From Chloroflexota bacterium (GTDB lineage: Bacteria; Chloroflexota; Anaerolineae; Anaerolineales; Villigracilaceae), in the NCBI GenBank assembly GCA_013388795.1, contig JACAEP010000072.1:1556-65555 (forward strand): a stretch of 64,000 bases of DNA. Reading direction: 5' to 3'. The stretch's first letter is position 1, and each line of letters starts with the position of its first letter. A program made the position numbers and the translations under genes. Under the pieces are notes generated by a model. The model did not search any database. It was not told the origin of the DNA and worked only from the letters and a program-made list of their open reading frames with translations. Positions 1-9,630 of the stretch are shown here, in pieces.

Positions 1-2
1 AG

Positions 3-737
3 TTAATCCTCTTTCACGTAAAATACATATTTGATACCGCAGAACTTGGTTTTTCCAACTTGCAATGTAAAAAAAGTCTGATAGGCATCTGGTTTTTTGG
101 GGGCAATAAAAGAAGCGCTTACCCGCACTTCACCGCCGGAAGGAACGTTTTGAGTGAAATCTTGGATTTTTGTATTTTCATGGCGGTACCCGCCAGTATA
201 AATAAAATCAACGCCGTTCAGCGGCCATGATTTTGTGCCGCTGTTAAAAATCGTCCATGTAACCGTGAAATATGCGCCGGGTTTGAAAACAGTGTCTCTA
301 GGCGGACTCGCGCCAAGTGTCGAGCAACTCCACTCCTTGCCAGTCATTCGCTTGGGGTCTTTCTTGTCTTTTGCCCCTTCTTGATCTTCATTGTCGCCGC
401 CATCAATAGTTTCCGTTAACTGAATGGCTTGCTGTGTAAATATCTCAACAGGAATTGTAAGAAGCGCATTGGGGGTTGCTGTCGGAAGCAGATAAATAAA
501 CGTTGGCGTAAAGGTTGACGTGATCGAGGGCGTATGCGTCGGACGCGGTGTGATCGTGGAGGTTGGAAGTTTGATGGCGGTCTGTGTTTGCGCAGCGTCT
601 GCAGTTTGCACAATGACAGTTCCCACTGCATTTGAATCGAGCGTGGGCAATGGCGAAAGTGCAGGGGCTGTGATTCCGGGAAGAGAACACGCCAGGGCGG
701 CGAGCAACAGGATATTAAAAATTAATATCTTTCGCAT
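3..737 (-). CDS. Lipoprotein with Pro/Thr linker and C-terminal NBR1-like Ig domain
   Basis: Lipobox LAC after a hydrophobic signal peptide; PT-rich linker; FTVTWTIFNSGTKSWP and APKKPDAY match the NBR1-Ig pattern. Confidence 0.75.
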   Translation of the reverse strand: MRKILIFNILLLAALACSLPGITAPALSPLPTLDSNAVGTVIVQTADAAQTQTAIKLPTSTITPRPTHTPSITSTFTPTFIYLLPTATPNALLTIPVEIFTQQAIQLTETIDGGDNEDQEGAKDKKDPKRMTGKEWSCSTLGASPPRDTVFKPGAYFTVTWTIFNSGTKSWPLNGVDFIYTGGYRHENTKIQDFTQNVPSGGEVRVSASFIAPKKPDAYQTFFTLQVGKTKFCGIKYVFYVKED

Positions 738-750
738 GGAAAATCCTCAA

Positions 751-2178
751 TCAAAGTATATCGTGAAATTTACTGCGGATAAATTCCTCTCCCTTTGCAA
801 TGAATTCATCATATTCGTCCGGCGCTGGCGCGGACGCCATTAAATCCTGCGTCTTTTGGCGCAATACCTGACGAGCCGGAGGCGCGCCTGCATCTATCCA
901 TTTTTCCATGCTGTAACGCGGATACACTCCGCTCACATAGTAGCCGCTTTTGTAATTCTTTAACGTAGAGGGCTGATTGAGAAAACTTTTGCCGGGTCCG
1001 ACTTTGAAAATTTCGTCCACTGCTGAGTTGACATCATCCAACTGGAAGCCGTTGTGCAGACGCAAAGCCTGGTCAATGATCTCATGACAATGGACAAAAG
1101 TGGTCGGGGAGATCGACTTCGAGCCGAGGGAATCTCCAATGAACGGGGCCAGATGTCCGTTTGAGAGGAGGAGCGCGAGGGTGTTCATCCAGTAGGTATC
1201 GGCGGCAATCAAGTCCATGCCCCAGCCGGTGCCGCTGCCCGATGTGGAACAATGTGGAATGCCGTAGTACTTCATCATCTCAGAGCAAGCCACGCTGATG
1301 AGGATGCTTTGCGGGTCGTAGAAGTTGAGCATGGTACGCATGTCGAAATAGACTGGCAGCATGCCAAGCAGGATGGGCGCGCCCCGTTTGATGGTCTGAC
1401 TGATAACCAAACCCGCCAGCAGTTCTGCCATGAGAAGCGTAAGTGTGCCTGCTGGAGTCAAAGGCGTGGAAGCGCCCGCCATGCTGTAATTGGAAAAAAT
1501 GATGGGGAGCCCGCGCTCGATGGCGACTTTCATTTTGTCCACAGTTCCCGCGTTCATTACAAGCGGGCTAACCGGGTTGAAGTATGGGATGACAAATGGT
1601 TTGTCGCCAACCTCTTTGCCGTGTAAATGCTCGAACATGTCGAGCACGTCCGGGAAGCGGTCTTCGTCAGAAACAAGCAGGACCAACGGCTTGGTGGTGT
1701 TGGCAATATGTTCGAGCGAGCCATACATATCGCCAAGTTCTTCCTTTACATCACGCACGATGCCAACAGTGGAGATCACATCATAATGTTTGAGCGACGA
1801 ACCAAGGCGGACAAGGTCTCGAAAATTTTCGCGTTTGAAAACATCAAGCGTCTCGTCCACCGGGTTTTGATAGAACAACGCGGTCACCCCCACCCCAAAG
1901 CGCAGACGGTCTTCGCCCAGCTTGAGTTTACGCTCGCCGCGACGATCATATATATTGATCGTTTCTGGCGCGGACTGGATCGCCTCTTCGACGACTTCGG
2001 GCGGAAATTTAATAATGCGGTCTTGCGATTTCAACCCCCATTTCCATTCCAGCAGTTGCAAAATAGCGGGCGAATCGACGCGCACGCCCGTTCCGCTTAA
2101 TACCTTTAGTACGTTTTGATGAGATTCCTTAATTTGCGCTTCGCTCATCATGGTCAACCTTGGGCGAACGTTGTTCAT
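751..2178 (-). CDS. Trimethylamine methyltransferase (MttB) superfamily protein, non-pyrrolysine type
   Basis: 475 aa; VLSGTGVRV, PPEVVEEAIQSAP, AGASTPLTPAGTL...AELLAG, EIFKVGPGKSFL; no in-frame amber codon. Confidence 0.85.
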   Translation of the reverse strand: MNNVRPRLTMMSEAQIKESHQNVLKVLSGTGVRVDSPAILQLLEWKWGLKSQDRIIKFPPEVVEEAIQSAPETINIYDRRGERKLKLGEDRLRFGVGVTALFYQNPVDETLDVFKRENFRDLVRLGSSLKHYDVISTVGIVRDVKEELGDMYGSLEHIANTTKPLVLLVSDEDRFPDVLDMFEHLHGKEVGDKPFVIPYFNPVSPLVMNAGTVDKMKVAIERGLPIIFSNYSMAGASTPLTPAGTLTLLMAELLAGLVISQTIKRGAPILLGMLPVYFDMRTMLNFYDPQSILISVACSEMMKYYGIPHCSTSGSGTGWGMDLIAADTYWMNTLALLLSNGHLAPFIGDSLGSKSISPTTFVHCHEIIDQALRLHNGFQLDDVNSAVDEIFKVGPGKSFLNQPSTLKNYKSGYYVSGVYPRYSMEKWIDAGAPPARQVLRQKTQDLMASAPAPDEYDEFIAKGEEFIRSKFHDIL

Positions 2179-2295
2179 GTGTTTTCTCCTACGTCAATTT
2201 TACAGGCAAAAAGCTCTTAACCCTTAAATATCACAATAATAACGTCATGGCTTTGTGCCAACCCAAACCACGCGCGGAGATTTGGCAAAGCGGCG

Positions 2296-3384
2296 TTATT
2301 TTACGTGTTTATCAAAAAACAACTGGGTCTTCGCCATGAATTGAAACCATGGATCGCCGATGAAAGAATGACCCTCGCCGTTGTAGGCGAAAATTTCGGC
2401 GTCCGCGCCCGCTTCGATGAAGGCGTCGTAGATTTTGCGCGACCATTCGGGCGGCGTGTCTGCAAACGTTTTGCCGTCTTCGGTACCATACACGACCTGG
2501 ACAGGCGCCTTGACCTTGTCGAAATGATAGATGGGAGAAACCGCTTCCAGCATCAGCGGATCAGACGTCGCGTCGAAGTAAGACGCGGTGATTTCGGCTG
2601 GCAAACTGAGCGGGAGAATATCCGATGAATTGCAGCCAAAGGTCGCTTCTCCTTCGTATACATTCCCAATACAACCCGGACCCCAACGCCCGATCACATC
2701 TGCAAAGTCGGCGCTGACTGATGAATACAACACGGCGGCTTTGATGCGGCCATCGACAATGGTAAGGACTTTTGCGGTGATGCCGCCGCCCATGCTATGC
2801 CCCCACATGCCCATGCGGGATGTGTCGGCTTCGGGAATGGACTCGAGTGCGTTCATCAGGTTGATCACGTCGATGACCTGACCGGAATAGAAAAGACTCT
2901 CAGCTGTATCCGACCCACCCCAACTGCGATAATCGGATGAGACGGTAAGATAGCCACGGCGATTGAGAAAATCTGCCGCGCGGTCAGTGCCATCACCGGA
3001 GTAGTAGACATAGCGCGAGAAGAAACCATGATTCATGACGATGACGGGGTACGGCGCTTCACCCACTTTAGGAATTTGCAGCACGCCAGTGATGGTCAAA
3101 CCATCGCTGGGATATTCAATGAGGTAACGGGTGAAGTGATCGGTTTCCAAAACAGGTTCGCCTAATGTAATCTTTCCGCTTTCATATTCACGTGTGCGCA
3201 AGCCTTCGATGGTGTAAGGTGCGAGCGCTTCTTCGGGAGTTAGTGTTGGCGTCGGCACGGGTGTCTTTGTTGGCACGGATGTCGGCGGGACGATGGTGAC
3301 GACCAGTTGTGGTGCAGGTGTTGCGGTTGGCGCGGCGCAGGCAAACAATAAAAAGGCGGCGAAGAACAGGGTGAGTTTTTTCAT
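2296..3384 (-). CDS. Lipoprotein alpha/beta hydrolase (S9/dienelactone-hydrolase-like)
   Basis: Lipobox FAC; GHSMGG nucleophile elbow; GTED and EGHSF complete the catalytic triad; ATGA overlap with the upstream paralogue. Confidence 0.85.
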   Translation of the reverse strand: MKKLTLFFAAFLLFACAAPTATPAPQLVVTIVPPTSVPTKTPVPTPTLTPEEALAPYTIEGLRTREYESGKITLGEPVLETDHFTRYLIEYPSDGLTITGVLQIPKVGEAPYPVIVMNHGFFSRYVYYSGDGTDRAADFLNRRGYLTVSSDYRSWGGSDTAESLFYSGQVIDVINLMNALESIPEADTSRMGMWGHSMGGGITAKVLTIVDGRIKAAVLYSSVSADFADVIGRWGPGCIGNVYEGEATFGCNSSDILPLSLPAEITASYFDATSDPLMLEAVSPIYHFDKVKAPVQVVYGTEDGKTFADTPPEWSRKIYDAFIEAGADAEIFAYNGEGHSFIGDPWFQFMAKTQLFFDKHVK

Positions 3385-4453
3385 TTCAAATTCTCATCAT
3401 AGAACGCGACGGCACGATCCATAAAAAGAATCCATGCATCGCCGGTGAATGAATGCCGCTGGTTCTGGTAAACGAATAATTGGACATTTTTGTTCCAATC
3501 CAGCAGGGCTTGATTCAGTTTATAAGACCACTCAGGCGGGGTCGAGCCGATGTAATCACCGTCAGCTGAACCGATGTGGATCTGGACGGGGACATTGACC
3601 GAGTCGAGATGATAGTACGGCGCGATCTCCCGCATCTCTCTGGACTTTGAGCGGATTCAACATAAGCGGCTATGACCTCCGCCGGGAGCGACTCGGGAAG
3701 CACATCTGCCGAGTTGCAGGTTTCGAGCAATTCACCCGCGGCGATATCGCCAATGCAGCCATAGCCCCAGCGAGCGATCAGGTCGGCATCGTCGGCGGAG
3801 TTGGGCGCATACAAAACCGCAACGCGGACAGGCGACTCAAGTGTGAGGATTTTGGTCGTAATGCCGCCACCCATTGAATGTCCCCACATGCCAATGCGAG
3901 ACGTATCCGCTTGCGGAATGGAGTCGAGTGAAGCCAGCAAGTTCATCACATCCGCGACCAAGCCGGTGTGGAAGAATGAAACGCCAAAGTCGGAACCGCT
4001 CCAAGTGCGATAGTCGGATGAAATCGTGATGTAGCCGCGCTGAGACAGATACTCCGCGGCGCGTTGTGAGCCGTCGCCGGATGAGTAGTCACTGCGCGGA
4101 TAAAAGCCGTGATTCATGACGATTACGGGAAAGGGTCCCTCCCCTGCCGGGATGTTGAGCACGCCAGTGATAGTCAGCCCTTCGGAAGGATATGAGATGA
4201 GATAGCTACTGAACTGGTCGTTGAACGCAACTCGTGCGCCAATTTCAATCTCGCCACCGGGAAAGTCTCGTTCACGCAGACCCGCAATGGTGTAGGGATA
4301 CATCAAATGCGGCAAAGGTGTTGCCGTAGGCGTAAGAGTTGGTAAAGGTGTGGGCGTTTCTGTAGCAGGGATAATGGTCGCCGTTGGAGGCACAGGTGCG
4401 GGTGTGCTGCAAGCGGTCAAGACTACCAATAAAGAAAGCATCCACTTTTTCAT
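3381..4453 (-). pseudogene. Frameshifted paralogous lipoprotein alpha/beta hydrolase (or sequencing indel)
   Basis: ORF 3515..4453 aligns with the 2296..3384 protein up to ESAQSPE; homology resumes in another frame (3381..3635, MREIAPYYHLDSVNVPVQI) across a GAGAGATG run near 3633-3640. Confidence 0.8.
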
Positions 4454-4671
4454 CGATACTCCAGCACCACGTCCATCTCTCCTTCAGCCATGATATCCTG
4501 CACGCGTTTCAACAACTCTTCAGCAATCCCTTCTTCCAAATATGACTCTCCGCAAGCAGGGCAAACCTGCGCAGGGATCTTTTTTACCATCGCCCGAAAT
4601 TCATCACGCTCAAATTGGATCGAGGTCAGACTTTGGGTTGTGTACGCCTCCCGGCAGACGATGCAAATCAT
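4450..4671 (-). CDS. YgiT-type zinc-finger (MqsA-like) antitoxin
   Basis: MICIVC...IPAQVCPACGESYL; start set at 4671 from the ATGA overlap with the upstream gene. Confidence 0.8.
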   Translation of the reverse strand: MICIVCREAYTTQSLTSIQFERDEFRAMVKKIPAQVCPACGESYLEEGIAEELLKRVQDIMAEGEMDVVLEYR

Positions 4672-4937
4672 CGGCGGCTCCGCAGGTCTTTTTTCCATTT
4701 ATCTAACGAAGGCAAATAGACGGTAATGATGGTGATGTGCTGCTGGCTTTCAGAGGTCACCACATGGAAGGGACGCCTGCCCTGCTGACCGAACAACAAA
4801 CGGCTCGGCTCAGGCGTTTCAAAGGAATAGTCTTCGATCACGTCTGCCGTTTCCAACGCCTCGCGGACTTTCGTTACTGACACCTCGCGCTCGAACATTC
4901 TTTGCACCGCATGGGCGCGGAAAATAATGGAATTCAT
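4668..4937 (-). CDS. DUF4258-family putative toxin
   Basis: HAVQRMFER, IEDY, RPFHVV, IITVYLP..KW; adjacent to a YgiT-type gene, the usual pairing. Confidence 0.8.
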   Translation of the reverse strand: MNSIIFRAHAVQRMFEREVSVTKVREALETADVIEDYSFETPEPSRLLFGQQGRRPFHVVTSESQQHITIITVYLPSLDKWKKDLRSRR

Positions 4938-4952
4938 GGCGGTGATTATACA

Positions 4953-5058
4953 ACCCCCTCCGCCGCTGCCGCGGCACCTCCCCCAAATACGACAAGAAAA
5001 ACTTTTTCTAATTCAGGAAAATATAAATTGTCGTATTTGGGGGAGGACGGGAGGGGGT
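4953..5058. repeat. Palindromic MITE/REP-like element
   Basis: Perfect 19-bp inverted repeat CCTCCCCCAAATACGACAA (4977-4995 / 5028-5046) nested in ACCCCCTCC/GGAGGGGGT (4953-4961 / 5050-5058). Confidence 0.75.
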
Positions 5059-5072
5059 AAAATACCACCGCC

Positions 5073-6992
5073 ATGCCCGCCGAACGCATCACACCCAAAC
5101 TTCACTTCGACAAACTTGCCCACTTTCTCGACCTTGAAGCCGAGGCGGAGAAGCAAGAGTCTTTGCGCGAGCGGACTCGGCTTTCGCCCGCCGAAGCGGA
5201 GTCATCGGGCAATAGCCTCATCCAACTCGTCATCCGTGAAGAGGATTCGGGGTTGGGAGGCAGGTTTCTGGTCACATTCGGCAAGCGCAACCAAACCCTC
5301 CCTCTGCCGTGGACAAGGCTTGGGGTGGGCAGCCCAGTCCTCGTCTCCGAAGAAAGAGCCGGGGCTACATCCAATGAAGAAAATGCATGGCGTGGAATCG
5401 TCAGCCGCGTGCGCAAAGATTCCATTCAGGTGGCATTCAATCAAATGCTTGAGATCGAAAGCGAGCGCCCGACCTTTCGCATTGACCGCGCCACTGATGA
5501 GATTTCCCGCGCACGCCAACGGCAGGCGCTCGACACAGCCAAGAATGCCACCAGTTCGCGGCTCGCCACCTTACGCGATGTACTGCTCGGAATTCAAAAA
5601 CCGCTCTTTCAAAAAGTTGAACCCATTCAGCCGTTCAATAAAAAATTAAATACTTCGCAAATTCAAGCCATCGAGTTTGCGCTCAGCGCCGAAGACGTTG
5701 CCATCATTCACGGTCCGCCGGGCACAGGCAAGACCACCACGCTGGTCGAGTTGATTCGACAGATCACAAAAAGCGGCGGGCGTGTGTTGGCGGTGGCAGG
5801 CAGCAACCTTGCAGTGGATAATCTTTTGGAGCGTTTGATCGATGCAGGCGAGAACGCCATTCGGCTGGGACATCCGGCACGTGTCACGCCGGAGTTACGC
5901 GAGCACACGCTCGACCTGCTGGTGGAGCATCACCCTGATTTAAAGATCGCGCAAAAACTGACGCGTGACGCGCACAGCCTGCGCAAGCAAGCCTCGAAAT
6001 TTTTCCGTATCAAGCCAGACCCGAATTATCGTCAGTCACTGCGCGAAGAGTCGAAGCAACTGCTCAACGAAGCCAATCAGATCGAAGAGCAGGTGGTCGC
6101 GTCCATTCTCAACGGGGCACGCGTGGTGTGCGCCACCGCCACCGGACTCGACCCCGAACGCCTGCGCGGCAATCGCTTCGATTGGGTCATCATGGACGAA
6201 GCTAGTCAGAGCACCGAGCCCGCCGCGTGGATTCCCTTGCAGTACGCCGAACGGCTCGTGCTGGCGGGCGATCATTGTCAACTCCCGCCCACTGTGCTTT
6301 CCAATGAAGCGGCGCGCGGCGGTTTCAACATCAGTATGATGGAGCGCATCTTGAACTTTGCGCCCGATGGTTTGAGCAAACTCTTGAGCGTGCAATATCG
6401 CATGCATCAAGACATCATGACCTTCTCTTCGGATATTTTCTACGACGGGCATCTACAAGCGGACGAAGCGGTTCGCACCGCGCTCTTAACGGGTCTGCCC
6501 CATGTAAGCGAATCCCCGCTGACAGTGACTCCCATTCACTTCATCGACACGGCAGGCGCAAGTTATGATGAAGAACAAGAACCCGATGGCGAGAGTCGCA
6601 TGAATCCGCTTGAGGCGGAGTTGGTGGTGAAGATGGTTAATGGGTTAATGGAGAATGGTGTTTCCCCTGAGAACATCGCTGTCATCTCCCCGTATTCGGC
6701 ACAGGTGAAGTTACTGCGACAGAAGCTAAATCACGGCATCGAGATCGACAGCGTGGATGGTTTTCAAGGGCGCGAGAAGGAAGTGGTCATCGTCAGTCTC
6801 GTGCGCTCGAACCCCGAAGGTGACGTAGGCTTCCTCGCCGACACCCGCCGCATGAACGTCGCCCTGACCCGCGCCAAACGCAAACTGATCGTCATCGGCG
6901 ACAGCGCCACCATCACGGTGCATCCGTTCTACGAGAAGATGGTCAAGTATTTTGAATCCATTGGGGCGTATCATTCGGTGTGGGAAGAGTGA
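5073..6992 (+). CDS. SF1 Upf1/IGHMBP2-like (DNA2/NAM7) helicase
   Basis: HGPPGTGKTT, MDEASQ, GDHCQLPP, QYRM, SVDGFQGREKE, RRMNVALTRAK. Confidence 0.92.
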   Translation: MPAERITPKLHFDKLAHFLDLEAEAEKQESLRERTRLSPAEAESSGNSLIQLVIREEDSGLGGRFLVTFGKRNQTLPLPWTRLGVGSPVLVSEERAGATSNEENAWRGIVSRVRKDSIQVAFNQMLEIESERPTFRIDRATDEISRARQRQALDTAKNATSSRLATLRDVLLGIQKPLFQKVEPIQPFNKKLNTSQIQAIEFALSAEDVAIIHGPPGTGKTTTLVELIRQITKSGGRVLAVAGSNLAVDNLLERLIDAGENAIRLGHPARVTPELREHTLDLLVEHHPDLKIAQKLTRDAHSLRKQASKFFRIKPDPNYRQSLREESKQLLNEANQIEEQVVASILNGARVVCATATGLDPERLRGNRFDWVIMDEASQSTEPAAWIPLQYAERLVLAGDHCQLPPTVLSNEAARGGFNISMMERILNFAPDGLSKLLSVQYRMHQDIMTFSSDIFYDGHLQADEAVRTALLTGLPHVSESPLTVTPIHFIDTAGASYDEEQEPDGESRMNPLEAELVVKMVNGLMENGVSPENIAVISPYSAQVKLLRQKLNHGIEIDSVDGFQGREKEVVIVSLVRSNPEGDVGFLADTRRMNVALTRAKRKLIVIGDSATITVHPFYEKMVKYFESIGAYHSVWEE

Positions 6993-7111
6993 CAGTTCTT
7001 GTTCTTTTGTCATAAAAACTTGTATAATCAATCGTACAATATATAGGGAGTTATACAGCACAATGCTGTATATACCTTAGTTGGCTGGCTGTCCGCAAGG
7101 GAAAGTGAAAT

Positions 7112-8680
7112 ATGAATAAAAATAAATTGACTCGCAGAGATTTTCTAAAAATGGCTGGTGTCACTTCAGCGGGACTGGCTCTTTCGGCTTGCGGCATAGA
7201 TTTTACAAAATTGCCCGACCCAACTGTCACGGCTTCAATTACCCCTTCTCCTACATCAACACAGACACCCTTTCCAACCCCTGGAACACTTGCATCGTTA
7301 AAAGACTTGGAACTTTGGATTAGTGATTTTGTTAATTCATATGGCGGAAAAATCAAACTATACGAAACTGATTTTGGTGCAAGTGAATTAGTAAATAAAA
7401 TTAGAACCAATCCAGAATCTTTCACTCAAACAAAAGTGATTGACGGCAAAGAATATTCTTTTGTGATGGTTAATGATGTTCCACTAGGAATAGCAGGAGA
7501 AGATAGAAAATGGGGCGAATCTAGTTTGCGAATACTCGCGGAATTGAAAGGTATTGAACTAGAGTTTGCATGGGCAGGAGACGATTTCTTACGCCAACAC
7601 AATATCAGCAGTGAAAAATACGTTGAATTGTCGAAATTGATTGGCGACTCATTTATTATTGGCGGAGGGGTGCAAACACAACAAGTATTTCAAAGTTTTA
7701 CAACACAAGATTGGCAAAGAGTCGTAAAAAACTGGAGCGATATAAAAGAACAACTCCAAAATAATATAGTACCTGCTGGCTATCCATATTATTTAGATTA
7801 CGGCAAAGAGATGATTAGTCAGGTTACAAAAGCATCCATTTCAGGCAACCCAAAAATGCGCGGACTATGGCTTATGCACTTAGGGAATGGATTAGATTCG
7901 ATTGTCAAAGGGAACTTTTCAAGTCAAGAGTTATCTAATATTCTTGAATTCATTATCAAGTCAATCGTCTTAAGTTTTCCAGAAATAAGCAGGTGGAATG
8001 CAACAGATGAACTTGTGAATGCTTATGTCACTGAAGAACCAGAATTAAGGTTTTGGTATCAAATTTTCGATAAATCGCCAAATCAGGTTCAAATTTCCGA
8101 TGTGGCTGATTTGATGATACTCATAGCAAAATTTATCAAAGAAGTAAATAGTAATTTAGAAGTTATTATTTGCGAAGACGCAATCTTAGATTTCAATAAC
8201 GCGTATGCGCCTTGGTCAATAAATGCTTTTAATAAAGTTTTAGAGAATATATCGAGCAAATCACAATCTTACTTGTTCAAAGGAGTAGATTGTCAATTTA
8301 ATGTATGGGTCTACGATGGTTTAGACATTGACAAGATGAAAGAAAATATTAAGAAATGGAGTGAATGGGGTTTTAAATTGTTTGGTTCAGAAACTATGAT
8401 CGTATCAGGCGATGTATCGTCTAATCGTCGAACTCAAGGCGTATTACTTGGAAAAGTTGACCCAATCGAGCAACAAGACCTTATGTATGCACAATTACTT
8501 CAACTCTACTTGGACGCACAAGCCCCGACTTTCGGATTTGGAGAATTGGGCGATATGGATAATTGGCTAGAAATGGGTGATGACCCGTTATATAATTCAG
8601 CCCCAGGAATATTTGATAAAAATTACAAAAAGAAATCTTGTTACTTTGTTCTCGCTAAAACGCTTTTTGCAAATATATGA
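7112..8680 (+). CDS. Tat-exported lipoprotein with divergent GH10-like C-terminal domain; AT-rich
   Basis: LTRRDFLK twin-Arg motif plus LSAC lipobox; WNATDE, GVDCQ, GSE, PGIFDKNYKKKSCY resemble GH10 WDVVNE, GIGxQ, TE, PLLFDxNYxPKPAY. Confidence 0.6.
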   Translation: MNKNKLTRRDFLKMAGVTSAGLALSACGIDFTKLPDPTVTASITPSPTSTQTPFPTPGTLASLKDLELWISDFVNSYGGKIKLYETDFGASELVNKIRTNPESFTQTKVIDGKEYSFVMVNDVPLGIAGEDRKWGESSLRILAELKGIELEFAWAGDDFLRQHNISSEKYVELSKLIGDSFIIGGGVQTQQVFQSFTTQDWQRVVKNWSDIKEQLQNNIVPAGYPYYLDYGKEMISQVTKASISGNPKMRGLWLMHLGNGLDSIVKGNFSSQELSNILEFIIKSIVLSFPEISRWNATDELVNAYVTEEPELRFWYQIFDKSPNQVQISDVADLMILIAKFIKEVNSNLEVIICEDAILDFNNAYAPWSINAFNKVLENISSKSQSYLFKGVDCQFNVWVYDGLDIDKMKENIKKWSEWGFKLFGSETMIVSGDVSSNRRTQGVLLGKVDPIEQQDLMYAQLLQLYLDAQAPTFGFGELGDMDNWLEMGDDPLYNSAPGIFDKNYKKKSCYFVLAKTLFANI

Positions 8681-8772
8681 GTCTTCAAGTTCATGCCAGC
8701 CAACAAAGCGTGCAATAAGATACTACCTGACTTTATCTTGTTGGATAGATAAACCAGATCTATCTTTTTTAT

Positions 8773-8810
8773 GGAATAATTTCTACAAACTCGGCGCTTT
8801 CCACTCCTTG
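8773..8810. repeat. Direct repeat copy 1 (38 bp, duplicate of the 3' end of gene 9625..9957)
   Basis: GGAATAATTTCTACAAACTCGGCGCTTTCCACTCCTTG matches 9615-9652 with 1 mismatch. Confidence 0.9.
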
Positions 8811-8814
8811 TACA

Positions 8815-8911
8815 AAGACCTGACAGGTTTTCACAGAGCCACATCCGACTCGAATCTCCATCCGCGCATGGGGTGTAGTCGATTCAAGTTTCAATAAACC
8901 TGTCAGGTCTT
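8815..8911. repeat. REP-like inverted repeat
   Basis: AAGACCTGACAGGTTT (8815-8830) and AAACCTGTCAGGTCTT (8896-8911), perfect 16-bp inverted repeat. Confidence 0.8.
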
Positions 8912-8924
8912 GAGTGTGGAATAG

Positions 8925-8959
8925 AACAAAAAGGACTTCTTTTTGAAGTCCTTTTTGTT
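8925..8959. terminator. Bidirectional intrinsic terminator
   Basis: AACAAAAAGGACTTC-TTTTT-GAAGTCCTTTTTGTT directly after the PIN toxin stop. Confidence 0.8.
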
Positions 8960-9363
8960 TAGACCGGATAAGCCAGCAAATTCAATTCGGCAATGAACCG
9001 ATAGTCGCGCTGATTTTTAGTTATAAATTCAAGGTCATATTCAATAGCGGTTGCCGCGATCAACGCATCTGCGGAAAGCAACCCATGACTAAGATGATAT
9101 TTCTTCAACAATTCCACAGCCAGTTGCGAAATCTGGTCATTGATCGGCAAAACCTCGAACCTTTCAAGGAATTGTTCCACCTTGCGAAGTTCTGCCTTAT
9201 TACGGCAGCCAACCAACAACTCCATTTGTGTGACCACACTAACTGCCAAGAGGTGATCTTTTTCCAAAGCATCAAGGTTTTGAACTGCATCTTTCACTTC
9301 CAAAGCGCAGTCAATGAGAATGTCTGTGTCAACTATGACCAAATTCATCCCCTGTTTCTCCAT
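8959..9363 (-). CDS. vapC: PIN-domain (VapC) toxin
   Basis: IVDTDILID, SVVTQMEL, ADALIAATA, TKNQRDY; true start may be ATG 9348 (ATGA overlap). Confidence 0.9.
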   Translation of the reverse strand: MEKQGMNLVIVDTDILIDCALEVKDAVQNLDALEKDHLLAVSVVTQMELLVGCRNKAELRKVEQFLERFEVLPINDQISQLAVELLKKYHLSHGLLSADALIAATAIEYDLEFITKNQRDYRFIAELNLLAYPV

Positions 9364-9584
9364 TGGCTTCTGCGAGTCTGTCGCACCCAGGCAACACTAT
9401 CGAGCATATCTGCGCGGTCTTTCCACATTCCTACAAAAGGTTCTTTGGCAATCTTAACCTTTCGTGTTCGTTTTGCAGGTGCGGCTGAATAACGTTCCTG
9501 TAAAAAAGCGACAAAATCAGCTACCTGACGTTGAGCTTCAGGCGGAAGCGAATTGATATCTTGTGTAATTTTCGAGAGAGCCAT
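9345..9584 (-). CDS. DUF2281-like antitoxin
   Basis: INSLPPEAQRQVADFVAFL...FVGMWKDR; overlaps the vapC start. Confidence 0.75.
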   Translation of the reverse strand: MALSKITQDINSLPPEAQRQVADFVAFLQERYSAAPAKRTRKVKIAKEPFVGMWKDRADMLDSVAWVRQTRRSQWRNRG

Positions 9585-9600
9585 GTTTACCTCTCAGCAA

Positions 9601-9630
9601 ATTATAGCATCTGCGGAATAATTTCTACAA
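9601..9630 (-). promoter_or_regulatory. Sigma70-like promoter of the TA operon
   Basis: Minus strand TTGTAG-18 nt-TATAAT with extended TG (TGCTATAAT), then GAGG RBS and ATG 9584. Confidence 0.6.

Noticed and set aside
751-2178. Pyrrolysine-containing methyltransferase
   Set aside because: The ORF is uninterrupted, with no in-frame TAG.
4927-5649. 240-aa + strand ORF
   Set aside because: Alternative frame over the palindromic element and the helicase; composition is not protein-like.
8577-8897. 106-aa ORF after the GH10-like gene
   Set aside because: Runs across the direct repeat and REP-like palindrome, overlaps the upstream CDS, and has no RBS or motifs.
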